NCBI GenBank assembly: GCA_902787255.1
Contig: CADAFY010000001.1
Coordinates: 22,852-61,221 of the forward strand
DNA: 38,370 nucleotides
From: an uncultured Bacteroidia bacterium
GTDB taxonomy: Bacteria; Bacteroidota; Bacteroidia; Bacteroidales; UBA932
Reading direction: 5' to 3'
Positions 1-9,838 of the stretch are shown piece after piece. Within the stretch, counting starts at the first letter, position 1, and every line of letters begins with the position of its first letter. The notes below the pieces were generated by a model. The model saw only the letters and a program-made list of their open reading frames with translations. It did no database searches and was not told the DNA's origin. The position numbers were made by a program, and so were the translations under genes.

Positions 1-926
1 AGTTTCTGGGCGTGCTGCACCCGGTAGCGGTTGACAAAACGCGGGAAATTGAGTTGGGTATAATGCTTGATGGCCTTCCCCAGATAGACTTTGTTGGTAA
101 ACAGCGCCCGCGCGACCTCCGTTGTCGTAAGATCGGGATTCAGATAGGGCTTTTCTTTTTCAAAATAGTAGCACAGGCGCTGATAAATCCCTTGTCCTCC
201 GGTGTCCTTCTCCATTCCCAGCAGGATTTCCACCCCAAAATTCTTGAGAATCACCCGCCGCAGTCGCTCCATCGGAACGGGCTGGAAGAGACGGTCGGGG
301 CACAGGCAGCAAAGCCAGATTAGGAAAGAAGCATAGAGTACGAACACCAGCATAGCCCCCCATCCTACCACCGACCATCCCAGATACCAACCCAAGAGGG
401 CAATCGCATACAAGGAAACGCAGATGAATTTAAAACCTTGCGTCTCCACCAGCACCGACACCTGGGGCAGACGAACTTCCGCCGTCTTATGGACAAAAAA
501 CCAGGACGCCGAGCGATATTCGACGACCGAAGAGACCAGCAAAAAAGTAAACGCCAAACCCACCATCCAATCGGGACGGGCGTAATAATCCACAATAGGA
601 AAGATGGTGATGCCCAAAAAGGTCAACACAAAAATGGACGGAGAGCGATGCACATAGTCGGGGCGCAAAATCAGGACCATCAGGGAAATCATCAGCAAGG
701 CCGTTAAAAAAGAGACCCTCGAATAAGACAACAACAAAAGTAGAATCGATTGAACAATGGCAGACAGCATCACCACCATTTTCAGCAGGGGAAACCATAA
801 GTGTGTAGCCGCAGCCCCCTCCAATTTGAACAGTAAATAAAACAGCATACCCAAAACGCCTGCGGAGAAGAGTAGGCATAACACGCGCTCCGAGGTCAAA
901 ATCAACAATAAAGCATCCGTTTCCAT
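1..926 (-). CDS. Membrane-anchored AraC-family transcriptional regulator (3' end truncated by window edge)
   Basis: Not in the ORF track because it has no stop inside the window. Hand translation from ATG at 926 gives METDALLLILTSERVLCLLFSAGVLG..., several hydrophobic segments, then YFEKEKPYLNPDLTTTEVARALFTNKVYLGKAIKHYTQLNFPRFVNRYRVQHAQKL, the typical start of a Bacteroidota AraC HTH domain. The frame is open to base 1. Confidence 0.85.
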   Translation of the reverse strand, partial: METDALLLILTSERVLCLLFSAGVLGMLFYLLFKLEGAAATHLWFPLLKMVVMLSAIVQSILLLLLSYSRVSFLTALLMISLMVLILRPDYVHRSPSIFVLTFLGITIFPIVDYYARPDWMVGLAFTFLLVSSVVEYRSASWFFVHKTAEVRLPQVSVLVETQGFKFICVSLYAIALLGWYLGWSVVGWGAMLVFVLYASFLIWLCCLCPDRLFQPVPMERLRRVILKNFGVEILLGMEKDTGGQGIYQRLCYYFEKEKPYLNPDLTTTEVARALFTNKVYLGKAIKHYTQLNFPRFVNRYRVQHAQK

Positions 927-939
927 AAGTCGTTTTTCA

Positions 940-947
940 CAAATTTA
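940..947 (-). promoter_or_regulatory. Bacteroidota sigma-A -7 element (TAAATTTG) for the AraC gene
   Basis: Matches TAnnTTTG just upstream of the ATG at 926 and downstream of the leuS terminator. Confidence 0.5.
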
Positions 948-954
948 GGAAACG

Positions 955-987
955 AAAAGGTCGCCTAAAAATTTAGGTGACCCTTTT
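955..987 (-). terminator. Intrinsic terminator downstream of leuS
   Basis: Imperfect inverted repeat, minus strand AAAAGGGTCACCTAAA-TT-TTTAGGCGACCTTTT, ending in a T run, about 100 nt after the leuS stop. Confidence 0.65.
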
Positions 988-1087
988 GAAAAAGTTTTTC
1001 TTTTTCTTGACTTTTTTTCTTTTTCGCACCCCTTTTTTCCAAATTCGTTGTGAATTTGCAACTTTTTAAAGGTGGAAAAATACGTTT

Positions 1088-3816
1088 TTATCGAACGACG
1101 ATGTTGACAATTTTTCCGGGAACGACTATCACTTTAACAATTTGCCCCTCTCCGACATACTTGGCAGTCTGGTCCAAAGCACGGACCTGGGCCTCCACTT
1201 CGGCGGGAGAGAGCGACTTGGCCATTTCCAAAGTAAAGCGCGTTTTTCCGTTGAAAGAGATGGCGTAGGTGCAGTTGTCTTCGCGGGTGTAATCGGCATT
1301 ATATTCCGGGAAAGCAGCGAAACTGATGCTCTCTTCGTGTCCCAGCGCGTGGTACAACTCCTCGGCGATGTGCGGTGCAAACGGAGAAAGAACGATGATG
1401 AGCGGCTCCAATATGGCGCGGCTGTGGCACTCGCCCAACTCGTTCACGGCAATCATAAAGGCACTGACTGTCGTATTGTAGGAGAAATTCTCGATGTCTT
1501 CACGGGCCTTGCCGATGAGTTTGTGCAGGCTCTTCAACTGGGCCGGCGTCGGCTGTTCGTCCGTCACGACAAAGCCGTCGCGGTCATAGAACATACGCCA
1601 CAAGCGCTTGAGGAAGCGGCTGATGCCGTCGATACCCTTGGTGTCCCAAGGCTTGCTCTGCTCGATGGGGCCGAGGAACATTTCGTACAAGCGGAGGGTG
1701 TCAGCGCCATAGGTATCGCAAATCATATCAGGGTTGACGACATTGTACATCGACTTGCTCATCTTCTCCACACCGTACCCGCAGATGTATTCTCCGTCTT
1801 CGAGGATGAATTCGGCATCGGCATAGTCCGGCCGCCAGGCACGGAAGGCCTCCAAATCCAACTTGTCATTATGGACAATGTTCACATCCACGTGCAATTC
1901 GGTCGTGTCGTACTGGTCTTTCAAGCCCAGGGAAACGAAGGTGTTGGTGCCCTTGATGCGATAGACGAAATTGCTGCGCCCCTGAATCATACCTTGGTTG
2001 ATGAGTTTCTTGAACGGCTCTTTCTCGCATACATAGCCCAAATCGTAGAGGAACTTGTTCCAGAAACGGGAATAAATCAAGTGGCCGGTCGCGTGTTCGG
2101 TACCGCCGACATACAAATCCACATTGCGCCAATAAGCATCCGCTTCAGGGCTGACGAGGGCATGGTCGTTGTGCGGGTCCATATAGCGGAGATAGTACGC
2201 GCTGGAGCCGGCAAAACCGGGCATCGTATTCTTTTCAATCGGCCAGCCGTCAATCTCCCAGCCTTCGGCGCGCGCCAAGGGCGGTTCACCCGTCTCGGTG
2301 GGCTTGTAATTGTTGCCGATGGACGGCAGTTCCAGCGGCAGATCCTTTTCCTCCATCGGGGTGGCGATGCCGTCCTTGAAATAGATGGGAAAAGGCTCGC
2401 CCCAGTAGCGCTGGCGGGAGAAAATGGCATCGCGCAGGCGGTAGTTGATTTTGCGCTTGCCGATACCATGCGCCTCCACATAGTCGATGGCGGCGGGAAT
2501 CGCCTCCTTGACCGTCAGGCCATTGAGGAAACCGCTGTTGCACATAATGCCTTCCTTGGCATCAAAGCTCGACTCGCTGACATCGCAGCCTTCAATCAGC
2601 GGAATAATGGGCAGATTGAAATGCTTGGCGAAGGCATAGTCGCGGCTGTCGTGGGCCGGAACGGCCATAATGGCACCCGTCCCGTAACCGGACAGGACAT
2701 ATTCGGAAATCCACACAGGAACCTTAGCGCCCGTCAGCGGATTGATGGCATAAGAGCCGGAAAAGACGCCCGTCACTTTATGCGTCTGGGAGATGCGCTC
2801 ACGCTCGGTCTTTTTCTTGACCTGGTCCAGGTACGCGGCCACTTCGGATCGCTCTCGGGAGCCAACACCATAAAGGTCACGCCGAAGACAGTATCCGCTC
2901 GGGTGGTGAAGATGGTCATATCGTAGGTCTGGTCGCCATTGACGACCTTGAACACCATTTCGGCACCCTGGCTGCGGCCTATCCAGTTGCGCTGCATATC
3001 CTTGAGGGAATCGGTCCAGTCCAACGCCTCCAAATCATCAAGCAGACGGCCGGCATACGCGGATACGCGCAACTGCCACTGCGTCATTTTCTTCTGCTCC
3101 ACGGGATAGCCGCCCCGCTCGGAGACGCCTTCTTTCACCTCGTCGTTGGCAAGCACCGTACCGAGGGCGGGGCACCAGTTGACCGTGGTCTCACCCTGAT
3201 AGGCGATGCGGTAGTTCATCAGCACTTCGGATTTCTTTTTGGCGTCGTAAGCCAGCCACTCGGAAGCGCTGAAGTCCAAGTCCTGGGTACCGGCGGCGTC
3301 GGCACCCCGGCTGCCTTCCTGCTCGAAAATCGTCTCCAGTTCAGAGATGGGACGGGCCTTGTCTGACTTACGGTCATACCAACTGGCGAACATTTTCAGG
3401 AAGGCCCACTGGGTCCACTTATAGTAGGAAGGGTCGCAGGTGCGGACCTCGCGGGACCAGTCGAAACTGAAACCGATGCGGTCCATCTGGCTGCGATAGC
3501 GGTCGATATTCTTGCGGGTTGTCTCGGCGGGATGCTGGCCGGTCTGGATGGCATATTGCTCCGCGGGAAGACCGAACGCATCATAGCCCATCGGATGCAG
3601 TACATTGAAGCCGCACAGGCGTTTGTAGCGTGCAAAAATATCGCTGGCGATATAGCCCAGCGGATGCCCGACGTGCAAGCCCGCTCCCGACGGATACGGG
3701 AACATATCGAGGACATAATACTTCGGTTTGGAGGACTTGTTGTCAACCTGGAATGTCTTGTTGGCACTCCACCAATCCTGCCACTTCTTTTCAATCTCTT
3801 TGAAATTGTACTCCAT
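1088..3816 (-). CDS. leuS: Leucine--tRNA ligase, split into two frames by a frameshift/short deletion near 2846
   Basis: N-terminal ORF (2773-3816) has [14 protein letters not shown] (HIGH motif) and FTTRADT (CP1 editing motif). C-terminal ORF (1088-2842) has [30 protein letters not shown] and KMSKS. The junction reads GAG AGC GAT CC GAA GTG GCC GCG TAC. Confidence 0.95.
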
Positions 3817-3819
3817 ACT

Positions 3820-5136
3820 TTATTTTCTTTTCAATATAAATTCAATGGGAATGGTCAGCGTCGAGCGGACCTTCTTGCCGTGCATACGGGCCGGTTTCCA
3901 TTTGGGAGAAATCTGAACGACATTCACGGCGGCTTCGTCCAGGCGCTCGTCCAACGAGCGGACGACGTGCACGTTGCTGACGCTGCCGTCTTTTTCGATA
4001 ATGAAATTGACCTGCACCGTTCCTTGCACTCCATCCCGGATGGCGCTGTCGGGGTATTTCACATAGCGATAGACCCACTCCTGCATAAAACGGTCGATTT
4101 TGGGCGAACCCAGGAAGATGGGGGGCACATCGCAATCGTAATAGCCGTAAACGATTTCATCCTCCTGCTTGGCATCCACGACCGGCTCGATGAAATCGAT
4201 GGGAGCGGGGTTGGAAGCCTGGTCGCGGACAAAATTGTAGATATACTCCAATTGGAGTTCCATATAGTTCCAGTCCAGGTCGTCCGGAATATCCCGCGGG
4301 CTGTTGTGGCTGGCATACCGTCCCGTCGTAAAAAGAACGGAAGGGATTTCTTTGGCGTAGAACGCACGATGGTCTGAAGGATAAGGTTCCTGGGAAGTCA
4401 GCGTAGGCTTGACGGGCTGCAAATCGCGGGAGGTCGCCTCTATCGCACGGTTCAGGTCCGCGTTGGACGAGGTATAAGCATAAAAGCCCTGGCTGCCATA
4501 GCCCAACACATCCAGATTGATCATAAAATCAATGTCCTTGGTATAGGCAAAACTGCGGTTTAAGAAATACCAGGCCCCGGCGAAAGAATCACAACCCGCC
4601 CCGAAGGCAATGAACAAAATGCTTTTCTTAAAAGCAGTGCCCGTCGCGGAAATGTGCCGTGCCAAGGCCAGCAGGCTCGCCACGCCCGACGCATTGGCAT
4701 TCGCTCCGGGATAAACGACTTCCTCAGCCACGCCGTCCCGCATCATTTGATAGGCCCCCAAATGGTCGATATGGGCCCCGATGACAATATATCGGTTGCG
4801 CAGGACATCATCCGCCCCCGGCAGCACACCGATGACATTGCGGGAAATCAAAGTGTCTTTTTCACCCTGAATGCCGAACACATCTCCCTCAACGGAGGTG
4901 AGCATCTCCAGACCGGCTTTTTCCAATTCTCGATAAACATATTCGGCCACATCCTTTTCACCGGGAGAACCCGCTTTGCGGCCTTGATGCGCCGGGGAAC
5001 AAATGTACGAGACATCTGCTTTCAGCGCGGCAACTCCGTCGGAATCATACAGGGACTCCAGCGAAACATCGTCGCGATACTGCGCCCGCAGCAGGGGGGC
5101 GGTCAAGAGAAACAAAAGGAGCCAGAGTCGTCTCAT
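3820..5136 (-). CDS. Secreted M28-peptidase-like protein (degenerate active site) fused to a TonB C-terminal domain
   Basis: Signal peptide MRRLWLLLFLLTAPLLRA; the ATG at 5136 overlaps the upstream stop (ATGA). M28 scaffold motifs IGAHIDHLG, MINLD and PSDHRAF. C-terminal YP..A...GVQGTVQVNFIIEKDGSV...LDEAAV..V..SPKWKPA is TonB_C-like. Confidence 0.8.
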   Translation of the reverse strand: MRRLWLLLFLLTAPLLRAQYRDDVSLESLYDSDGVAALKADVSYICSPAHQGRKAGSPGEKDVAEYVYRELEKAGLEMLTSVEGDVFGIQGEKDTLISRNVIGVLPGADDVLRNRYIVIGAHIDHLGAYQMMRDGVAEEVVYPGANANASGVASLLALARHISATGTAFKKSILFIAFGAGCDSFAGAWYFLNRSFAYTKDIDFMINLDVLGYGSQGFYAYTSSNADLNRAIEATSRDLQPVKPTLTSQEPYPSDHRAFYAKEIPSVLFTTGRYASHNSPRDIPDDLDWNYMELQLEYIYNFVRDQASNPAPIDFIEPVVDAKQEDEIVYGYYDCDVPPIFLGSPKIDRFMQEWVYRYVKYPDSAIRDGVQGTVQVNFIIEKDGSVSNVHVVRSLDERLDEAAVNVVQISPKWKPARMHGKKVRSTLTIPIEFILKRK

Positions 5137-5723
5137 CGAAGGTCGTTGATTAACACCCACGCCTCGGACGGCAGCGCACCCTTATGCTCAGACAAGAAGG
5201 AAAGCGCATCATCGGCACGCCCCGTCGCATAAACCGCCGTCAGGGTGTAGCCGTTGCCCAGCGTCAAGGTCTGTGCCTGCGGGAAGTCGACCTGCAAACG
5301 ACGACAGAAACGCGCGGCATTCTCAGCATCTTTAAAAGTCCCGGCTATCACATAGAAGAGTTCATTCGCCTGCGCACTCCCCTTGAAACGGGACAGACTG
5401 CGCAGATAAAGGGAACCGGAAGCATCTTTCAGCGACCGGATTTGCTCCGCATCAGCGTTCTTATCCGCCGGCTTTACCGCGGAGGGCACCGTCGCGGCCG
5501 GAAACGCTGCGGAATCCGCTTGCGCGGGTTGAACCTCAGCACTCCGGCGTTTGTGCTTGAGGCGGCGCTCAATTTCCATACTGTCCCTCTTCTGCTCCAG
5601 CAAGACCAACTCGGTGCTGGTCGGCCGGCCGGCCATCTTGCGCAGGAAATCACAGGAGTTCAGCGAAGCAGCGAAAACAAAGAGAATGCAGACCGGAAGA
5701 AACCGGCCTGCAATTCTTTTCAT
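5133..5723 (-). CDS. SPOR-domain lipoprotein (peptidoglycan-binding)
   Basis: Likely start MKRIAGRFLPVCILFVFAASLNSC (lipobox Cys), a low-complexity Ala/Pro linker, and C-terminal FYVIAGTFKDAENA...AWVL resembling SPOR. Confidence 0.7.
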   Translation of the reverse strand: MKRIAGRFLPVCILFVFAASLNSCDFLRKMAGRPTSTELVLLEQKRDSMEIERRLKHKRRSAEVQPAQADSAAFPAATVPSAVKPADKNADAEQIRSLKDASGSLYLRSLSRFKGSAQANELFYVIAGTFKDAENAARFCRRLQVDFPQAQTLTLGNGYTLTAVYATGRADDALSFLSEHKGALPSEAWVLINDLR

Positions 5724-5739
5724 CAAAAGGGAATGATGA

Positions 5740-7053
5740 CTACTGGGCTTTGATGTATTCGTCATACTTCTTGTAGCCATCCACATAACTCGCACCTTTG
5801 TCCTGGAAGCGATAGTAGATGTTCTTCAAGTATTCAGCAACACCTTTTTTCAGGCCGGCGTTCTCACCCGCCAGTTCAAAAGCCTTCTCAAACGGCTCGA
5901 TGGCCTTGGGCATCGTCTCTTCGTAGAGGGCCAGGTATTTCCGATAATCGGCATCGGCAACCGCTTCATTGGCCTGGGTGGCATACTCGATAGCGCGGTC
6001 ATAGTACAGTAAACCTTCTCCGACAAAGCCATAGGGGAATTTCGGATCCACCTCGGAGGCCTGGCGATAGCACTCAATGGCCGCTTCGTCTTCCTTCAGT
6101 TCTTTGTGGATGTCACCCTCGGTTGAATAGAGAGAAGCATTCTTGGGGTCGTTCTCTTTTGCCTTGTTGAGCAATACAAAAATTTCTTTGGGATCTTCAC
6201 CGCTGTTGCGATAGCAGTTGATCAGTCCGATGATAATCGCCTGGCTGGAAGGGAATTTTTCAAAACCTTGTTTCAGATAGTCCAACTGAGCGGCTTTATC
6301 CTCTTTACGTGCGGCAATTTCAGACAACATCGCGAAGACCTTGCCCTCCTCATCGTAGTACTCTTTATCCAAGCACTTCTGGTAGCAACGCTGAGCGGCA
6401 TCCATATCACCGGTTTGGGAATACAACAAGCCGGCGTTGCTCCAGCACGAACCGTCGAAGGTGACAAGTTCACCGAACGCGGAAGCGTCACCCGCTTTGT
6501 CAAACAACTTCGCGGCTTCCGCCTTGTTACCCAAGTTGTATTGGTAGAAGGCCTGTTTGGAGCAATAATCAACAATCTGATTGACGGATGCGGCAATTTC
6601 TTTGGTCTTTTTTCCTTTTTCGTCCAAGCCACGAGCGGCGGCGAAAGCCTCGAGCGCTTTGCCCAGGGGATCCTCAACGGCAGATTTCGTCGGGACAACC
6701 ATCACGAGAACATTGCTGCGATAATAATAATCAAAGCATTCGTAGGACTCCTTCAAATAGGGGTTCCCCTCAAGGGTAACTTCTTGGGTGGAAAGGGGTT
6801 TGACATCGCCCATCACCAGCATAATCTGATCCTTCGGCGTATTGACAAGCCCGTTTCCCAAAGTCGCCTCAAAGGCTTTGACATATTCTTTGCCCAACTT
6901 CACCCAGGTATCCGGATTTGAAGCCTTCTTCGGGTTCTCCGTGTTGGCAATCGCCTTGTCGATATTCTTGGCGATTTTGGTGAGGTCTTGAGCCATCATC
7001 GGCATTGACAGCAGCATCAAAGCAGCGGACAATAAAATCAGAGATTTTTTCAT
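5740..7053 (-). CDS. Secreted tetratricopeptide-repeat protein
   Basis: Signal peptide and helical TPR-like repeats (e.g. LYSTEGDIHKELKEDEAAIECYRQASEVDP). Lies directly downstream of gyrA, a common Bacteroidota arrangement. Confidence 0.8.
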   Translation of the reverse strand: MKKSLILLSAALMLLSMPMMAQDLTKIAKNIDKAIANTENPKKASNPDTWVKLGKEYVKAFEATLGNGLVNTPKDQIMLVMGDVKPLSTQEVTLEGNPYLKESYECFDYYYRSNVLVMVVPTKSAVEDPLGKALEAFAAARGLDEKGKKTKEIAASVNQIVDYCSKQAFYQYNLGNKAEAAKLFDKAGDASAFGELVTFDGSCWSNAGLLYSQTGDMDAAQRCYQKCLDKEYYDEEGKVFAMLSEIAARKEDKAAQLDYLKQGFEKFPSSQAIIIGLINCYRNSGEDPKEIFVLLNKAKENDPKNASLYSTEGDIHKELKEDEAAIECYRQASEVDPKFPYGFVGEGLLYYDRAIEYATQANEAVADADYRKYLALYEETMPKAIEPFEKAFELAGENAGLKKGVAEYLKNIYYRFQDKGASYVDGYKKYDEYIKAQ

Positions 7054-7098
7054 TGTTTCAAATATTAAAAATGTTACTTTTTCTTTAAAAACGGGTGT

Positions 7099-9675
7099 TT
7101 ACTCGTTACTCCCGGCCTCGTTCTGCAAAGATTGTTCCTCGACGGACTCACCCTCTCCGGGGACAGCCTCTTCTTCCTCTTCCTTGGGAACGACGGTGAC
7201 AGAAGCGATGCTGTCGCCCTCGCGCAGATTAATCAGCCGCACACCCTGCGTAGCCCTGCCCTGTTCGCTGATGGTGGACACCGCCAAGCGAATCGTCAAG
7301 CCGGACTGGGTGATAATCATCAGGTCGTTGTCAGCCGTCACATTGACCAGCGCGACCACTTTTCCCGTCTTCTCCGTAATGTTCAAGGTCTTGACGCCCT
7401 GTCCGCCACGGTTGGTCAGACGATACTCTTCAAAGTCGCTGCGCTTGCCATAGCCGTTTTCACTGACGACCAGGGCGGAATGCGTGGCGGCATCTTCCGC
7501 GGTGCTGTCATAGCAGACGATGCTGACGACCTCGTTGTCTTCGCTGGCCAGACGGATACCGCGTACACCGGCGGCCGTGCGGCCCATCGGACGCACGTCG
7601 TTCTCGTCAAAGCGCACGCAACGGCCTTCGCGAGCAGCCAGATAAATCTGACTGTTGCCGTTGGTCAACTCGGCGGACAGCAACTCGTCGCCTTCGCGAA
7701 TGGTCAGGGCGATGATACCTTTGGCGCGCACATTGGCATAAGCCGCCAGGGTAGTCTTCTTGATGATACCCTTCTTGGAGCAAAGTACGACATAGTTGTT
7801 TTCGGCAAATTCGCGGTCTTTCAAGTCTTTTACCGAGAGGTATGCGCGGACGGCCTCGTCTTCGGCGATGCCCAGCAGATTCTGGATGGGACGGCCCTTA
7901 TAGGCACGGGCGCCCTCCGGCAACTGATAGACCTTGACGGCATAGCACTTGCCCAAGGTGGTGAACAGCAAGAGCGTGGAGTGCATATGCGCCACGAAAA
8001 TATGTTCAAGGAAGTCCTCATCGCGAGTGCCGCTCCCCTTCTTGCCCGTTCCGCCCCTATGCTGGGTACGATATTCGGTCAGGCTGGTACGTTTGATATA
8101 GCCCAGGTGGGAAATAGTGATGACGACATCCTCGGAGGCATAGAAATCTTCGGGGTTGAATTCACCCTCGTCGGGAACGATGACGCTGCGGCGCGGGTCT
8201 GCATATTTTTCTTTGATTTCCTGCGTTTCTTCCTTCACAATGGCCATCTGGCGCTCTTCGCTGCCCAGGATGTCGAGATAGTCGGCAACGGCCTTGCTCA
8301 ACTCGTCGAACTCAGCCTGCAATTTTTCCCGCTCCAGTCCGGCCAGCGCGCGGAGTTTCATTTCCACGATGGCGTTGGCCTGGATTTCCGTGAAGGAGAA
8401 GCGCTCCATCAAGCGGGATTTTGCCAAATCGACCGTTTCGCTGCCGCGGATAATCGCAATCACCTCGTCGATGAAATCGATGGCCTTGAGCAACGCTTCC
8501 AAAATATGGAGGCGGGCCTGGGCCTTGGCCAGACGGAATTTCGTCCGGCGGACAATGATTTCGTGACGGTGGGAAACGAAACTCTCAATCAGGTCGCGCA
8601 GGTTGAGCGTGCGGGGACGCCCTTTGACGATGGCGACATTGTTGACGGAGAAACTCGACTGCAGCGGACTCAATTTGTAGAGCATATTGAGGACCACGCC
8701 GCTGTTGGCGCCTTTCTTGAGGCGAATGGCGATGTTGACGCCCTTGCGGTTGGAGAAATCGTTGATTTCGGCGATGCCTTCGATTTTCCCATCCTTGACC
8801 AAGTCGGCGATTTTCTTGATCATCTCCTTCTTGTTCACCATATAGGGAACCTCGGTGACGACGATGGTCTCGATGCCGTTGGGGGCCACCTCGATTTCCG
8901 CCTTGGAACGGATGACAATGCGGCCGCGGCCGGTCTCGAAGGCTTCGCGAATACCCTGGACACCGCGGATGATACCGCCGGTCGGGAAATCGGGACCCTT
9001 GATATACTGCATCAACCCGTCCACATCCATGTCCGGATTGTCGATATAGGCACAAATGGCATCGCAGCACTCTCCCAGGTTGTGGGGCGCCATATTGGTC
9101 GCCATACCCACCGCAATACCGGAAGAGCCGTTGACCAGCAAAAGAGGAATCTTGGTCGGAAGCACCGTGGGCTCGTCGAAGCGCTCGTCAAAGTTCTTGA
9201 CCATATCAACCGTATCTTCGTACAAGTCAGCCAGCACTTCAGCGGACACGCGCTCCAATTTCGCTTCGGTGTAACGCATAGCCGCGGCGGAATAACCATC
9301 CATCGAGCCGAAGTTACCCTGGCCCTTGACCAAAGGATAACGGAGGTTCCAATCCTGCGCCAGACGCACCATCGTATCGTAAATACTGGAGTCACCGTGC
9401 GGGTGATACTTACCCATCACCTCACCCACAATACCGGCGGATTTCATCGTCGCCGCCGAATAATTGAGGCTCAGTCTGTCCATTCCGAACAGCACGCGCC
9501 TTTGTACCGGCTTGAGGCCGTCCCGCACATCGGGAAGGGCCCGGGATACAATCACGGACATCGAATAATCGATGTATGCGGAACGCATCTGCTGGTCAAT
9601 GTTTACCCTTTCAATTCTCCCCTGGGGAACTTCTTCCACCTCGGCTTGATCGTTCAATTGCTCGTTATCGTCCAT
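7099..9675 (-). CDS. gyrA: DNA gyrase subunit A
   Basis: [25 protein letters not shown] (catalytic Tyr), GyrA-box QHRGGTG, beta-pinwheel repeats and an acidic tail; 858 aa. Confidence 0.98.
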   Translation of the reverse strand: MDDNEQLNDQAEVEEVPQGRIERVNIDQQMRSAYIDYSMSVIVSRALPDVRDGLKPVQRRVLFGMDRLSLNYSAATMKSAGIVGEVMGKYHPHGDSSIYDTMVRLAQDWNLRYPLVKGQGNFGSMDGYSAAAMRYTEAKLERVSAEVLADLYEDTVDMVKNFDERFDEPTVLPTKIPLLLVNGSSGIAVGMATNMAPHNLGECCDAICAYIDNPDMDVDGLMQYIKGPDFPTGGIIRGVQGIREAFETGRGRIVIRSKAEIEVAPNGIETIVVTEVPYMVNKKEMIKKIADLVKDGKIEGIAEINDFSNRKGVNIAIRLKKGANSGVVLNMLYKLSPLQSSFSVNNVAIVKGRPRTLNLRDLIESFVSHRHEIIVRRTKFRLAKAQARLHILEALLKAIDFIDEVIAIIRGSETVDLAKSRLMERFSFTEIQANAIVEMKLRALAGLEREKLQAEFDELSKAVADYLDILGSEERQMAIVKEETQEIKEKYADPRRSVIVPDEGEFNPEDFYASEDVVITISHLGYIKRTSLTEYRTQHRGGTGKKGSGTRDEDFLEHIFVAHMHSTLLLFTTLGKCYAVKVYQLPEGARAYKGRPIQNLLGIAEDEAVRAYLSVKDLKDREFAENNYVVLCSKKGIIKKTTLAAYANVRAKGIIALTIREGDELLSAELTNGNSQIYLAAREGRCVRFDENDVRPMGRTAAGVRGIRLASEDNEVVSIVCYDSTAEDAATHSALVVSENGYGKRSDFEEYRLTNRGGQGVKTLNITEKTGKVVALVNVTADNDLMIITQSGLTIRLAVSTISEQGRATQGVRLINLREGDSIASVTVVPKEEEEEAVPGEGESVEEQSLQNEAGSNE

Positions 9676-9771
9676 ACATTTTTTGTTTAAACTTTTCGCA
9701 GCTCGGGGGCATTTTTAAAAATTCAATTCTAAGGCCCCTCTTTTGCGATTTAAGCCATTTTTCACAATATG

Positions 9772-9817
9772 CAAAGATAGAAAAAAGTTAAGGAATTAAA
9801 AAATCTAATTATCTTTG
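9772..9817. promoter_or_regulatory. Divergent -7 promoter elements for gyrA (TATCTTTG, minus, 9772-9779) and the esterase (TATCTTTG, plus, 9810-9817)
   Basis: Two back-to-back TAnnTTTG matches in the AT-rich intergenic region. Confidence 0.6.
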
Positions 9818-9838
9818 TGAACAAATAAATTCGCACAA

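Noticed and set aside
12-879. Short ORFs listed in the track at 12-879
   Set aside because: All overlap the stop-less minus-strand AraC frame (926 to 1), which explains the region.
1088-3816. Naturally split alpha/beta LeuRS (Aquifex-like) or programmed frameshift
   Set aside because: The break falls inside CP1 with conserved residues apparently missing, the upstream frame runs on into an unrelated tail, and no slippery site is visible. A deletion or artefact is more parsimonious.
9380-9410. Fluoroquinolone-resistance mutation in the GyrA QRDR
   Set aside because: Reads [10 protein letters not shown]: the Ser83-equivalent and an acidic Asp87-equivalent are present.
7132-9690. 852-aa plus-strand ORF antisense to gyrA (similarly 1142-2926, 12057-14639, 16770-18590, 23632-24999, and 36440-38347 on the minus strand)
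   Set aside because: Shadow ORFs lying exactly opposite well-supported genes. Codon bias of the real gene suppresses antisense stops, and the translations have no recognisable motifs.
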